Part shown: in pieces, positions 8,378-23,000 of the stretch
Numbering within the stretch: position 1 is the stretch's first letter
How the letters are laid out: each line of letters starts with the position of its first letter
Source: Veleropilina oligotropha
Lineage: Eukaryota
Assembly: GCA_048128005.1 (NCBI GenBank)
Contig: JBEUKZ010000032.1
Location: 372,001-436,000 of the forward strand
DNA: 64,000 bases
Direction of reading: 5' to 3'
The notes under the pieces: generated by a model
Seen by the model: the letters and a program-made list of their open reading frames with translations, nothing else
Database searches by the model: none
What the model was told of the DNA's origin: nothing
Position numbers and translations under genes: made by a program

Positions 8378-9325
8378 AGCAATAATCTGACAGAGGTTCG
8401 ATGAAGCTATTATAGAAAAGTTTTCTTAATTTAAGGGGAAGATATTGCTTAGTTCTTTGAAGCAGAGTGACCCTAGATGATATTTTAGAGCTAATCATGT
8501 CTATGTGGGATTTCCACGTCAGGTTACTGTCAATTATAACGCCTAACAGTTTCTCTGATGAAGAATTTGTTAATCTCTGATTGTTAAGTATAATATCCAA
8601 GTCATTAATGGTGGACAACTTTTGTCTTGTTCCTATTAGCATTGTCTTAGTTTTATCGGTATTTATAATCATGCCATTTGAGATGCACCAGTTATTTAAA
8701 TTTGCTATATCATCATTGAGTGTAGACTCTATCTGTTGTAAACATTTTCCCGAATGATGTAGAGTTGTATCGTCAACATATTGGTCAGTCATGGAATTTA
8801 AATAAAGAGGGAGATCATTGATATATATCAAAAATAGAAGGGGTCCTAAAATCGACCCTTGGGGGACACCATATTTCATGGTTTGAAAGGAGGACATTGT
8901 ACTGCCAATGGAAACTTTTTGTCTTCGACCTATCAGATAAGACTTGAACCACGATAATGGTCCTGGATTAAATTTATAGAGTTCAAGTTTTTGCAGCAAA
9001 ATTGTATAATGATCCACCAAATCAAAGGCTTTTTTAAAATCGACAAATATAGTTGCAGTGATATTACCTTCATCCATTTGAGTTAACCATTTGTCTGTTA
9101 AATTTATCAATGCAGTCTCACAAGAGTGCTTTTCTCGAGATCCAGATTGGTTTTGATGTAACAAGTTGTTACTGTTTAGGTACACCTTTAGTTTACAGGC
9201 AACATACTTTTCTAATACTTTAGATAGAGTTGGGAGAATTGAAATGGGTCTATAATTATCAACTTTTGATTTTGGCCCTTTTTTATGCATGGGAATAATT
9301 TTACCTTTCTTGAATACATTGGGGA
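8378..9325 (-). mobile_element. Non-LTR retrotransposon (CR1/L2-group) reverse transcriptase fragment
   Basis: NYRPISIL, DFKKAFDLVDH, GVPQGSILGPLLFLIYINDLP, YVDDTT, KLLGVIIDSNLTW. Truncated at both ends. Confidence 0.9.
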
Positions 9326-10390
9326 AAATTCCTTTTCTTGATTTTCAGAAAGCATACGATAAAGTACCACATAAACGACTGTTACAAAAATTATTAGTAA
9401 CCATGGCATTAAAGGCCCAATACTAAATTGGATATGTAAGTGGCTAGAAAATAGACAACAGAGGGTTGTAATAAATGGGATAAAGTCAGAGTGGGAACCG
9501 GTACTAAGTGGAGTCCCACAAGGTTCGGTTTTGGGACCATTGCTGTTTCTCATACATTTAAATAACAATGATGACGTCATTATATCTCTAGTAAAAAAGT
9601 TTGCAGACGATACCAAACTGTACAGAATTATCGAAACAGAAGAAGATGCAAAGAAACTTCAAAGTGACTTAAATAATGTGAAAAATGGTCTGAGGACTGG
9701 CAAATGCTTTTCAACACCAGTAAATGTAAAGTAATGCATGTGGGATATAACAACAATACCTATAATTATGAAATGGGTTCAGAAGCTTTACAAGTGGCCA
9801 AAGAAAAAGATTTGGATGTATGGGTAGACAAGACATTCAAACCCATCAAATCAATGTGCAGAGTCAGCCAAAAAACGGAAATCAAATATGGGGAATGATA
9901 AAGAGAAACTTTAATTTTAAATCTAAAGCCATCATAACTCGCCTATACAAGCAAATAGTTAGACCGCATTTAGAATATGCAGTGCAAGCGTGGTGTCCAT
10001 ATCTTGCAAAGGATATCAATATTCTAGAACATGTTCAAAGAAGAGCCACAAAATTGATAGAATTACCATATGAGGAGAGACTAAGATCACTGAACTTCAC
10101 ATTATCTTTGAGAAGGATAAGAGGTGATATGATTCAGGTGTTTAAAATGTTTACAGGAAAAGACAACGTTGACAATAGTTTCTTTTTTCAAATGAACCAA
10201 AGGCATACCAGGGGGGCATCAATACAAGATTTACAAAAACTATTCCGATTAGAAGTTAGAAAACACTTTTTCTCAAATCGGGTTGTCGATGAATGGAATG
10301 CTCTTCCTAATAATGTAGTGGAATCGACATCAGTAAACTGATTTAAAAATCGCCTAAATGAGCATTTTAAGAAGCAGGGCAGGTTATAGA
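9325..10390 (+). mobile_element. CR1-type LINE 3' fragment, frameshifted
   Basis: DFQKAYDKVPH, SGVPQGSVLGPLLF, KFADDTKL, LYKQIVRPHLEYAVQAWCPY, RRIRGDMIQVFK, RKHFFSNRVVDEWNALP, spread over several frames. Confidence 0.9.
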
Positions 10391-10769
10391 GGATAAGACA
10401 ACTTCAATGGGTTTTTATATGTCTCAGAGTGGCAGTAATGCGGTTTTTAAACCCCAAAAAATCGATTTAATTTTTTTTTAAATGATAAAATATAGTGATA
10501 TTCATTTTCAAGGTAATAAAAGTTAAAGCAATATTGGACCCAATACAAAAGTTCATATATTTGGGCTGGTTATCACTTTAAATGTGAAATATTGAGTGGC
10601 AGGACAGCAATCAGGTTGTTGATAATTTTGAAGAGTAGTACGAATGGCTGGCCTCTTCTTCGGCATGCCAGGGGAGACCATTCTAAGGAGTGGAGCATTG
10701 TTGTGCAGGTTGTTTTCTTGAGACTTAAGGGGCTGTATTATAGATTTTGTCTGAGCAAACCAAGATAAC

Positions 10770-11075
10770 AGTGGAATTAGCATTTTTGGTAATCTTTGAG
10801 ATGTGAACTTGATATCATTGCTGATAAGAACTCCAAGGTATGGACATTTGCGGACCTGTTCTAGTATGTGGTTTTTGATGGTGAAGTAATGGCTTTGTTG
10901 TGGTTTTCTTCTACATATGGATATTACGTAGCATTTGTTAGCATTAAATGACATGCCCAGTTAGTTGCCCATTATTCAAGTGCGAAAAGGTCATGTTGGA
11001 ATTGAACTTGATGTTCACTTTATTTTAATTGTCAGTCTAGCAGGCAGTCATCTGCGAACAACCTGACTTGCGATT
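10770..11075 (-). mobile_element. LINE RT fragment (CR1/L2-group), degenerate
   Basis: SQVRLFADDCLL...MSFNANKCY...YLGVLISNDIKF on the minus strand. Confidence 0.75.
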
Positions 11076-11503
11076 TCAATGAAAGCAGATGATTATTGAT
11101 GTGACACAAGAAGAGTATTGGTCAGAGGACCGTAGTCTGTGGTAATCCAGAGTCGATACGTCGTCATGTTTAAAATCTAGGATCATATTGGGGTAGGTTT
11201 GTATTATCATCGAAGTAAAGCCTAGAATACTTGATGAAAGCACCGGCTTTCGTCCATTGTGGGATAAGTGTATTGTGAGCGATAAATTTATAATATTCTT
11301 AACAGGGCAGCTGAGACTCAGAGTCATAAGATTGAGTGGAGAGTTACATCCTTAATACTGTATCACGATGTTGCACAATGTGACATACACATGTATCTAG
11401 TTTTGGGCAGATGCTGTTCAAGACGTCAATTAAGCTATGGATACATGGCAGTCCAGCTCTGCAGTGAATACCAATAATATATCTCATAAAATAAACTTAT
11501 CAT

Positions 11504-12390
11504 TAGAGGTGCAACTATATCGTGACGCCACGATACGATACGTATCACGATACACCCCCGCGATATGATACGTATCACGATACATGTTAAGTACTACGTT
11601 AGTACGCATTACTAGATTTCAATAACATGTATATGCGATAATATAATATCCTGTCCTAATTCCATTATCGTCATCCACTGGAAATCCAAAATACTGCCAC
11701 ACCGCTGACTTGTACAGTAAATAGACGTGGAGGGTTTTTCTCAAGATATATCGATGGAAGACATTGTTTTCACGCGGTAACAAAGACAACAAACTAATCA
11801 CTGTTTCAACGTCGCAGGATATCATTTGAATGTCGAACGTCATTGGTTGTATAAATAGTAACATGAACTCGTAACTGAGCACACTTGGCAACTATGTCAA
11901 CCAAAATATATATTAGTTTATCGATCAGGAAATGAAATTCTTGCTCTTGACCCAAGTGAGAAAGATAACTTATGTTCATAACATGTTGTTGTTGTCATAC
12001 ATGTCTTATTACATTTATGTAAATACAATAAACATAATGAATTAAGAGCACGCTTTTAGTTGTTTTGGGGGGAAATAAGCCAAAGAAACTAATTATTATT
12101 TTTGTTAGCCTAATTTTAATCGGCGCGAAGTATCTGGAAAGTTTATTTCGCAATAGACGTCTGGGTTTTACATCGGCATTTAGAACATTAGCAAATTAAA
12201 ATTACTATTTAATAGTTGTTGACTTAACTAAATTGCAAGTTGTATATATAAATATTAAATGTAAATTAGCTAAATGTATATTATACCCCGACGTCGTAAG
12301 TATCGTTTGACGATGAACGAGTCTTTTTGTATCGCGGTTCGTATTGTGAAACCAGAAATCGCGATGCATCGATGAATCGTTGCGCCTCTT
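11504..12390. mobile_element. Non-autonomous hAT element
   Basis: TIRs TAGAGGTGCAAC / GTTGCGCCTCTT, CGATAC subterminal repeats, 8-bp TSD CTTATCAT/CTTAACAT, and a BED-finger-like remnant KSAVWQYFGF on the minus strand. Confidence 0.8.
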
Positions 12391-12584
12391 CTTAACATCT
12401 CATATATATTAATTATAATCAAAGTTATGCTAAGCATTTTAAAAAGTGTAAACATAATACATTAACCAAATTGAAATCATTTTGGTGATATATTTCATAA
12501 AATAAATACATGTCATGCGGATCAAGACAGCATGCATCCAGATTTCAGTTATGACTTACATATTCGATGTCGATTTGCTTGTTG

Positions 12585-12841
12585 GAGGAATGATGCTTAA
12601 TGTCCTGTATATTTAAAACATCGAGGTTCAAGGCAGGACATGTTAGTGTTATCGCGGGAGGAAACCCTGGTCGCCCCGGTAAACCCACCCTCTTCGGCCA
12701 GTCGCGGGCAACTGTGATTCATAACTTGAACAAATGTTAATGCCTCAGCCAGGTATTGAACTCACTACTGTTCGCATTAGCGGAATCAAGCCAGCTGAAT
12801 TTAGAGTGGACACTCTTACCCACTGCACTGCCGAAGCGGTC
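12585..12841 (-). mobile_element. tRNA-derived SINE (Meta/V-like core)
   Basis: On the minus strand: A-box-like CGGCAGTGCAGTGG, B-box GAGTTCAATACC, core GGGTTTACC...GGTTTCCTCCCGC. Near-identical to the copy at 35228. Confidence 0.85.
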
Positions 12842-13658
12842 TTGCTTGTTGGACAATAATATATGTCATGTGAAAAGTACAATGCTAACAAGAGAAATAC
12901 TTTGTTTCTATTAAGTTGTGTTCATGTATTGCGATTATCCAACAGTTTTTGCATTGGTCAACTTTCTCTATAGCAATCAATGTATCATACAGTATGGGAC
13001 ATAGGACTTTCCTTCATTTATTATTTTGTTTACATATCGTCGAAGAACGATACGTACAACATCATTTCATCAAATACATCATGGTTGCAAAACAAAGTTA
13101 TTCAAGTTCCAATTAACCTACCAAATAAAGGGAGATAATTCAAAATACAGAAAACATTGTTTTCTTTATAACGAACGAAGTTCGTCCTATAGATTAGGGA
13201 CACAACCACAATATCTGAACATACCTGTGCATACCTTGCAACTTGAACCGGATGGTCACGAATTGACCACTGCGCAAACTCGAGTCAGTCCTGTTTCGAA
13301 GGAAATTCGGTATTTTTACGACAACGGCCGATTTTAAACTTCAAATTATCCGATTTTAAACTTCAAATTATCCAAGTACAATAACATTAATAACGCGACA
13401 AATTGATATAAACCCATTGCTATCGTCTGTGCATATATCTTTTTCTGCAAGAATGGCGTGATGTTTTGATAATTGCGACGTCAGAGAAAATGCGTAGCTA
13501 AGCAACAATGAGTGACGTCGCGGAATGTGTGTCATCTTACACTAGACGTTATGAATAAGAAGAAAGGGTACGGATTTCATAATTTTTATTTGTGTATAAT
13601 CCCTATTCTGCGTTCGTATCTAGGTGCTACCTACAGCATATTATTAAATGTTTCGAAC

Positions 13659-13743
13659 CTTTTGATTTTAAGAGAAAAGCAGCAACTGCGCTGTCAACAC
13701 CTCCAGATATTCCACAAACTACGCGTCGTACAGATCTCAACAT
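13659..13743 (-). CDS. TRMU: Mitochondrial tRNA 2-thiouridylase, first coding exon; remaining exons not found, probably left of the window
   Basis: MLRSVRRVVCGISGGVDSAVAAFLLKSK(G), with the PP-loop SGGVDS of MnmA/TRMU, followed by a phase-1 GT donor. Confidence 0.85.
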
Positions 13744-14045
13744 CGGATAAAAATATCGTGATTTCTTCGTTGCATCATCGTGTTGTTAGCTAGCAGACGC
13801 CACACGCGTCACATGTCTAACGCCTCCATTTTGTTCTACCAACGAGACTTTGTAATCTCTATTTTCATTTGCTGACCTCTTTACTAGCCAATCAAATACG
13901 AGAGCACGTGTCGCATGGCATTCATTCCGTGGCAAGATGGCATGACCCGTCAACACGAACTAGGAAATGTCAGAAACGAACGCAGTTGCACGATAGCATT
14001 AGATATATAGAGAACATGTATTTGTTGTAGAAATATCCGTTAGTT
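13744..14045. promoter_or_regulatory. Bidirectional promoter region between TRMU and MTMR14
   Basis: ~300 bp between divergent ATGs. Contains CCAAT (TAGCCAATCA ~13885), E-box CACGTG (~13905) and a YY1-like CAAGATGGC (~13933). Confidence 0.65.
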
Positions 14046-17000
14046 ATGACTGAAGCCGCCAGTAGTTGTAGCACAGAAATCGAAACAGAAGAAATTCGTA
14101 AATTGTTGGAGCATTTTGCTAAATCGACTCACAAAGTCAGAGACGGGGATGTGAAGGTAAGTAAAAATGACAACGCAATGAATGGGCACCTTGATCTAGA
14201 ACTGTCACCATGATTTGGATCTAGAAAGGATATCGGGACGGACGGACTGCCAGACTCACTTCCGAGGCGGTGGCCATCGAAAAATATAAAAACAATGTGC
14301 ATTAATTATCATTTATGTCTTCTAAGTAATCTTAGTTGTTTCATCTTAGTACGTTAGCTGGATTATCAAACTCTCAATTTAAAGTGACTATTGCCCTTAA
14401 TTTTCGTGATGTGTAGCATGACTGAACAGCCTCTATCGTATCAAATGAATCGGATGCACGTTTCGCACAGATTGGTACAAATTTTGCGAAGATATGATCA
14501 TGTGGCGGACCGAGCGGCGTCCCCCACTAGGACCAACCCAACTGCCGACACTACACAGTCAATGAACTCCACCAACACTGGCGGACCGAACGGTGAAACA
14601 CAAACAAGTGACAAGGGTTGCCACTAACTTTCGCGAATCGAGCGGTCAACCAACAAACCAACGGACCACCGTAGCCTCAAGCAGCACCATAGTCAAGTCA
14701 AACTCAACCAACACGCGATTACGCAATCACGCGCACATTGTAGTCTCCCGTGATCGACAACTCGACAGATGGAACAGTAGCGGGCCTCAATTGTCGATCA
14801 CGTAGACCACGTCAAGGCAAACTGGTTTCACCAGATTCACATAGCACCAACCGATGGCACGTCCCTTCGAATAGCGATGGTAAACGTTTACACAATGACC
14901 TGGAAAGAGGAGCCGATGCATCATAGAAAATTTATATATTTAACTGCCACCACCATAATGCATAAACACGCTCAGTCCAGATCAAACATGAAAACGACGC
15001 GACGCAGGTCCCTACGAAAATATATCGCGAGTTTAAAACGGCCGTCTCAACCGTGACAGACAATACCAGAGAAAAACTCAACCCCATAATAAAGGAAATC
15101 GTGTAGTTGAGTTGTTCTCTGTTCGAATGAAAACAACATGTAATAAAAACTAATATATTTATTTATTAACCATTCCTATAATAACAGACATAAGACACTA
15201 TCCCACAGCTATACATCGATATGCGTTACTGGCTATTTCTTGATTGTTCATATTACAATAAAAGCGGATTTAATAAAGGTGAAACTGACATGGTAAAGTT
15301 TGTAAACACTTTGTGACCTGAAATCGATTTGCGAGTTAACTTCCAAATAATCTTACTAAATAACACGGGGAGAAAAATGTAGTTATTACTCGACATAAAA
15401 TAATTAAACAAATACGACTCTGGCATAAAAGTGAGGTTATATCTCCACAACAGTCGGCAGTATATAAATGCCGTAAATCTTGCATCATATCTTACCACGA
15501 CAACAAGTACCTGCAGCGAAACTACCCGTCAGCGGATTCACTACAAGACACCAACGTTGTCCAACAACGACCGTTCTACTTCCGGTCCTATAGGTTGTTA
15601 GAACCAACCCAAAAAGGGAAAAGCTGATATTGCAAATCTTGCGTATTTAGCATCGAAATGGTACAGCGACTCCTCAGAATATAGCGTTCATGTCCTCAAA
15701 CGCACCGTGATCACAAGATCCTTTAAAATATAACCAGAGCCGTCATATCATAAATATTAAATAATACATCCCCGCGTGATGAATACAAACAGAAATGAGC
15801 AAAACGCACTCATAAATTAACTCTATCGTTTACAATTAAATTAACTCATCGCAAGAAAGTAAATAGCGTTACCAATAAAACTGAAACAAGTTATCTCGCT
15901 AAACGAAAATGTTGTCACAAGGCGTTAAAGATAAAGTATCAGTGAACCATTTCAATAATGTACAAAACTAACAGAATTTATACTAACATAATTTATCGCG
16001 AATGCACAGGAAATACAATCTTCTCGCAGAGATCCAACTTCAACCTTGAACGAGTACGATGCGAATACTTCAATAATGTTCTTAATACAGTATCTGATAG
16101 TAGCACTTCCCAACCAACACGAAGCCTCGTTCCGCATAAGGTCCTCGCGGAGGTTCCGTAACTGTCCCAGGATAATTTACATCACGAAACAAGAGACTAT
16201 ATAATATTATATTTCTAAACGACATTTTAAACTAATACTAGCGATTAAATACAATGTTAGCTGTTAAATTCAAGAGAATGTTAGTAATTAAAGTCACGTT
16301 TATAAAGATTCATTTGCCAACTAGTGAAAAGTTAACTTACATGATCGAAATACACGGCGGATAGTAACAGAAATACAACAAAAGACGTTACATCGGATTC
16401 ACTCAACTTACATGGCCACAAACATACGACGAGACAATACGCCCTCCCTTGCGAGGTGTCGAGCCACAAGGAAAGAGAGAGATTTCACTTCCAGCATAGT
16501 GTTATATCGAGAATAATTTTGCATAACAAAAGGCAAACGTTGTTTGCGGAACCGCACGATTTGACCGTTTAATATCAGGTGACTACAATGTCAATTTCAT
16601 TTAACCGATTCACAATTCACAACAGTGTACGGAAGGCGCTTAAGGCCATACAAATACATACATATATTTAAGGGTGTCGAAACAAAATCGCGACAATCAA
16701 TATATGATCAAATGATAGATTTTTATTGAAATTATTATTGAAACGGGGCAATATACTGTAAATCATGAAAATTTCGCGATCATAATATTTTGGCGAACTT
16801 AGCGAGGAAGCAAAATTCGCTAACATTTTATGTCGCTAATGTCTTCTATTATATCCATGTTATATAAGGTTGGGTGACAAAGAAATATGTTTTTAGCAAT
16901 ATAATTAATAAACTAGCTATCGTGCATTGTTCAGGGGTAATGTGTTTTTAATACTTGCCATTTATGTACGAATAACCCATATTTTCACCACTTGTTTGTT

Positions 17001-20000
17001 CAATTTTATTCTGTGAAAGATCCGCTGAAATACCGTAAAACGTAGGCCCGCCATTTTGTTTCTTTGTTTTATTCTCGCCAAAAGTGCATTATTTATCATT
17101 TTATAAAATGATTTTATTCGATTAGAACACCATAGTAAAGGCTAATTCTGACTATTGTATGCATATATGAAATTAACTTTAATATTGGGAATCGTACAGC
17201 ATAGAACGGCGGAAACAAACGAGCGTATCAACTTCTTTGCTTTAGTTCCTGTTCTACAGATAACGTTTATTCAACAGTATTGCATGGAACCTCGTTTTCG
17301 CGCAAGTTCCACTAATAGTTCACTGTATAAATGATCTCCCTTGATAAGAACAAGAGTGTCCATTTTAATGTCAATTGACGATGTGCTTTATCGCTACTGG
17401 CAAGTAACAGTCTATTATGCATAGATAGCAACACGTTAGCAATTAAATAAGTAACAATTATTGAATAAACTTAACAAATGCACTTGTAATCATACTAACT
17501 ATATTAATTGAAGTGCCAATTCACATTTTACACCCACGTGATGACACCATCGTCATTATATTAATCCGATTGCGATTTGTACAATGAACTTGCAGCCTAC
17601 TTAGGTACTAGTCATCCTGCTAATAGTCATCCTTTACAAGATGCGGTTGCAATAACAATGGGTAACAATCAGATAATTAACAGCCATACGGAGCATTAGG
17701 AAAAGTTAATTGAATAGAATTGTCATTGTTGTCAAACTCACTAATAATGCATTTTCCGAAATTCTATTTTCGCTAAAATTACATGTCGCTAATTGGTCCC
17801 TTGTGACGAATTCGCTAAATTTTAGTGACGCGAAAATATTATGATTTACAGTATATTATCGTCAAATAGAAAGCTATCTTACTTGACTAGCAGAAACCTA
17901 CGCAACTTTGCTTCAACTAGGTCAATTGGAAATGTCACTCGGTGAGAGGTAATTAATGCGGTTAGTTTTATTTTCAAAGAAAAAAGAGCGCATTTACGAG
18001 CAATAGTCTATTTAAAGAAAAGTATTATTTGCAATTTAATAATAGTCAAGCACTCTTCATCGTTGGTACTGTCACAAACGTCAGTTAACTGAAAAAACAC
18101 CGTACAGGGTTAGGCAACAGTCATGCAGAAGTATAAGAGTATGAGAGATAGTAAGCTAGATTAAAGGCATGTAGTATATCTGATATTACACCCAACCCAG
18201 ATGCGTTTGATCGTATAGACATGTAAAGTTAACCAGGGTTGACGGTTCCAACTACAATATGGCTGGAATATGTTTACTACTTCATGTAGTTACTAATTTT
18301 CTGCCTTTATCTGTGTTTTCAGGGCGACTGCATTCTTGAGAAATGTTTTTTGTTGTTTGCAAAGGATTATAATTATTCTGTAAGTATCAGCATTCATGAG
18401 ATAAATATTGAACATTGTAAACATTTTGGAACCTTTATAATGCAAATTAAAATATCTGCTTGAAAGTATATATACAGCTGAACATTGTTGTATCCAAGTC
18501 TGATATATGTGCATGCATGCAGGATGAATCTCGCAGACAAAAAGCAGCAGAATCAGTTTCACTATTTGATGTAATTTATATGTATACTATTACAAAATGG
18601 CAAAAGTATGATATGTTTTTATTTTTAATTATTTGCATTATTGGCACATTTTAATGTGGATATACTACTATGATCTATTGCAATTGATGATTATAATGAT
18701 ATGACTCATCACACTGTGAACGTTGATCATTCGACGCATGTTAAATTTTCTATATGAAAGTTGGCCGAAAAACGTCTAAAAACCAGACAGGGTCCAATCT
18801 AGGTTTTACTTGAAACGTTTTATTTCTGCAATGTTTTTTTTACATTCTAGGTTGTAACCAATTTTAACGGGGAGCTGTGCAGTCATTATCCAAGCAAACT
18901 AGTCATCTTAGAATATGAAAAGTCAAAGCAGAACAACCATGAAGAGTAAGAAATCTTATTTTGACCGTACACCATATACACTGTGTATGCCACCAACTAT
19001 GTCGAAACATTTGTTACGTTGTCAGATGCATTGATGTTCATGTTGTCTGCAGGGTTCTGCCCAGAAAATCATGGGTGCCGGGTGGTAAAATCTTGAGTGC
19101 TTAGTGGTAAAATAGTAGTGCCAGGTGGTAAATGAAAATGAGTAAAATGTACACCTAAGTAGAAAATATTCTTGGAATATTTAATTCGATAAGAATATCT
19201 ATATCAAATATACTTACGTCCTTACTAATGCCATAATAAGCCTATTATCGCTAAATCCGGACAAGGTGGAAATGGTAATTTGCACTTCTTTTAGTAAATT
19301 GAACCCAGCTGACCCCCTGACCTGCTCGACCTCCTCCAGTTCATGTCCAGTAAGAGCTCGCCAACTCCCGCGAGATCTTCTTGACCAAGGGTCAAGACCG
19401 CATCCGAAGTTTTCCGCTCGATTGAACAAGTCGCGTTTTGCTTTGCTCCACAATCTTTGTGATTTTTCGATCTTTTTTGAGCTCGATTTTAATAATCTAT
19501 CAGCTCATAAGATTTAGTATAGTATTGTGAACACGTTTAGTGGAAAGTCGAGAGTCTCTTCCTGAATAAGACGCCTTCTTAGAGGTTTTCCTGTCTTCAA
19601 AGGACAAAAAACGAAATCGACACCCTCCATTGACGACGCCATCTTGGAATTCTGAAAAGACAGAAAAGAGGCCGCTCAGAGGGATATTTAAAGAAGGAAG
19701 CTCCCTAGCAATTACTACGGAGTCAGGATAAGAGAGTTGATTATTGATATTGCTTGAATTTGCATTGCATTTCATTTATATATACGATAATTCCTCAACG
19801 ACTTTTTTCTTGCTATAAATTTATGTAATAAAAATTTATCGTCGTTGAACAGCAGATTATTTAGAATTTAACTAGCGTTATTTTGGTAAATCTGCTAAAT
19901 CGGGGATAGCACGCCGAATTCTAACAAATTGATATATATACATCCAAGAGGTTTTTAGGTGTAAAAGGGCGGTTTCTTAAGAAGAAAGACCTCCCGTTTC

Positions 20001-23000
20001 TCAATTCGTTGACCGACTGGTTTTTAAAAAAGTAAAAATATAAAGTCGGTGTTTTTGGGCGTATAATCCGCCGTAAGTTCTAAGCGTATTTCAGCCTTTT
20101 CCTACTCTCGGATCAGGTACAATCGAGGTTGTAGTAGTAATTTGGTAAACTACCCGGGAAATACCCTTATCACTTTAAAAACCCTATCTCCTACCTACCC
20201 GTGTGTGTAGCTATGAAGCATTGCAGTGTTTTCGAGTGCCGACAGAAAATCCGTGGTTTTGACAAGCACTCCGAATGCACTTTTCACCGTGTATGTTCTA
20301 GCGATAAGGACCATCCATGTGGGCATTGCGTAACACTGACGAGTCGCCAGTGGGAGACTCTTTTCCCTTCGGAGAAGACAACCAGGGTATCTTCTTCCGA
20401 GGGGGCATCCACCGAGAAGCTCCAGAGGCTAGAGACAGGTTTTAACCCTTCACTTTCTCTTTCAGACCCTCTTGATGGTAGCCGTGGTGGGCCCGACGAC
20501 ACCTCCGAGACTTTGGGGAAAGTCCCGGAATCGTCGGGATCTCAGATTCAGGTAAGGGACCGAGTTCCGACCGATACCTCTCCTTTGGGCCTAGTAACCG
20601 CTGCTCAAAGTATCTTGCCGGCCAGTGAGATACATCGAGCGCCGCGGCGAAAAGCTGTACAGGGCAGACAAAACCTTACCTCTCCTCCGGCCTCGGAGGA
20701 GCAAGGCAGCGTTAGTCCTTCTGTGAGTCAAGTAACCTCTGAAAAGAGGCGAAGGAGACTAGCAGAAAAAGTCGATACAGTTGCTGGGCACCACGACCGT
20801 GGTCGAAGTCCCAGACGCTCGACGCAACCCGTCCTCTCGTCCGACAATGGCGCTAGCTTAAAGGCTAATATCGCCACTGTCGGAGCCCACGAGAGTGATG
20901 GAAGGCCAACCTCCTCTGACGGTTCTTTTCAAGACGTCCCGGGTGGTGTGGTAGGATCGGCTGCGTTCGGGGCTGAGGCGTACGGCGGGTATACCCCCGT
21001 GCCTCACCCGAGCAGGGTTACAGACCCGTATGGACTGTGGTCGCAGTCTTACGGGTCGCTCGCTCCGTTTAACGCGCCTCCGGGCCGTTTCCCTGGTAGC
21101 GGTTTCCCGACAGGTAACCCGAGTCCCTGGTACTCGGCTCCACCTGTCCGTGCAGCCCGTCCCCCATGCGCTACGGTAACCTCGAGCGGACCAATGGCTG
21201 TTGGTCCGACGTCCGTCATGCCTCCGGGTTTCTCTCTTGAGAGCGTCCAGGCAATGATTGCGATGGAAGTCGAGGCACGTTGTAGGTCCTGGCAACCGGC
21301 TACCCAGCCGCCCCAGGTCCCAACGTCTCTGACCGTAACGCCGGGCTCGGCTCATGCTTCGGTGATGGAAGTCGATCCTCATTCCGACGAGGACAGTGCT
21401 TCCACTCACTCTGACCTCCCTGAATCGGTCGGACCGGACGACTCTTGTAGTCAGTCGGGCACGCATGAGACCATCTCCGCCACCCGCAGAAGATACGACG
21501 CTGTCGCGTCGCTTCGCGGGGTGCTAGACTTGCCCGACCCGGCTCTGCCGGTAGGCTTCGTCAGGCACAGGACAGCGGCACGTCGATTTGATGGGCCGGA
21601 AGCCCCCCTGCTTCCTACCCTACCCCAGTCTGGGTTGGTCTCGCTCGTCCTCGACTCGGCGACCAATTCCATTCAGGGACCCAAATCGGTGGAGACTTCC
21701 TCATTAACAGAGTACCCTCGTGGTCTCCGTAAAGGGAAGTACCTCCGACCCGGTAAGCGTCCGATTTCGATCGGATGCTCTGGGGCGTGTCTGGAGACTG
21801 AGCCGGTTCAGATCGATGCAGCGATGCGTCGACTGTCGGCCAGCACAGCTCCCTCAGTGGTCAAAGTCCCATGGGTCGCCATGGAGGGCTTTGAGAGCTC
21901 CGCTCGTCGGGCTCTACGGCATGCCTCTATCCAGGATTTTTTCCTAGACGGAGCCATTACCGTACTACAAGAGAACGGACCCCGCGCTCGTGAGATCGCA
22001 CTGTCCTTTCTCGAAGAGGTTGCCGCCTCCACGGAGCACTCCGCGTCGGAGTCAGCCCGATCCTTAGGCAATGCTGTCCTACTTCGTAGAGACGCTTGCC
22101 TAGACGGCACCACGCTAGATGACGCCACCCGGCAGTCTCTACGTTGTGTACCGTTGTCGGCCTCTACTCTCTTCGGAGACAAATTCCCCGAATTTGTCGA
22201 GAAGCGAGCGGCTGACCTCAAGGATCGCGCAATCGAGAAGGCAGTCTTGGCTACTCCTCGGAGCACGCCGACTGCTACCTCTAGGAAGCGCTCGAGACCG
22301 TCCCGGTCTCATACGCCTTCCAAGCGTGTTAAACCTTCGCCGGGTCGGCCTGCTCAGGCCAATAAACCTGTCGCGAAGAAAACACCTCCGACGAAATCCC
22401 GTCAGAGCGGGAGAGGGAAGCCGCGGCCCTAGGGTTGCCGGCGCTCGCGACGAGCTCAGTTGCACGCTTCCGCCGGTGGGAGCGTGTCTGTTAGAGTACA
22501 GCCTGTCCTGGCTGGAAATGACAGAGGACAACTGGGTTCACTCAGTCGTGAGTGCCGGATACAAGTTGGCATTCGACCGGCATCCAACCCTAGACGCGAC
22601 ACCACCACCAGGACGCGCTCGTCTCCTGATAGGAGAAAAACAAGCGGTCCTAGACCAGGCAGTGCGGGATTTACTCTCAAAGAGAGCGATCTATCCCGCG
22701 CCGCCCAGCACACCAGGATATTACAGCCACTTTTTCCTGGTCCCGAAACCCGACGGCCGTTGGCGACCGATCCTCGATCTGTCGTTCCTCAACCAGTATC
22801 TTCGTACCGAGAAGTTCAAGCAAGAAACACTCTCGAAGATACGAACGGCCATCCGTCCGGGCGACTGGGCAGCGTCTATCGACTTAACCGATGCGTACCT
22901 ACACGTTCCGATGCATATCTCGGCTCACCGGTACCTACGGTTTGTTCACGGGGGAACGATCTACCAGTTCAGGTGTCTACCGTTCGGTCTATCGTCAGCC

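Noticed and set aside
12740..12841. Genuine tRNA gene
   Set aside because: The tRNA-like head is attached to a SINE core and tail and recurs at least six times in the window.
13225..13292. Candidate TRMU exon 2 (AG...GT-bounded segment on the minus strand)
   Set aside because: It has an in-frame stop in the required phase and no similarity to the expected GVFM.NWD peptide.
14330..16680. CpG-rich intronic stretch with short ORFs, possibly an old mobile element
   Set aside because: I could not identify terminal repeats or protein motifs by eye, so it is left unannotated.
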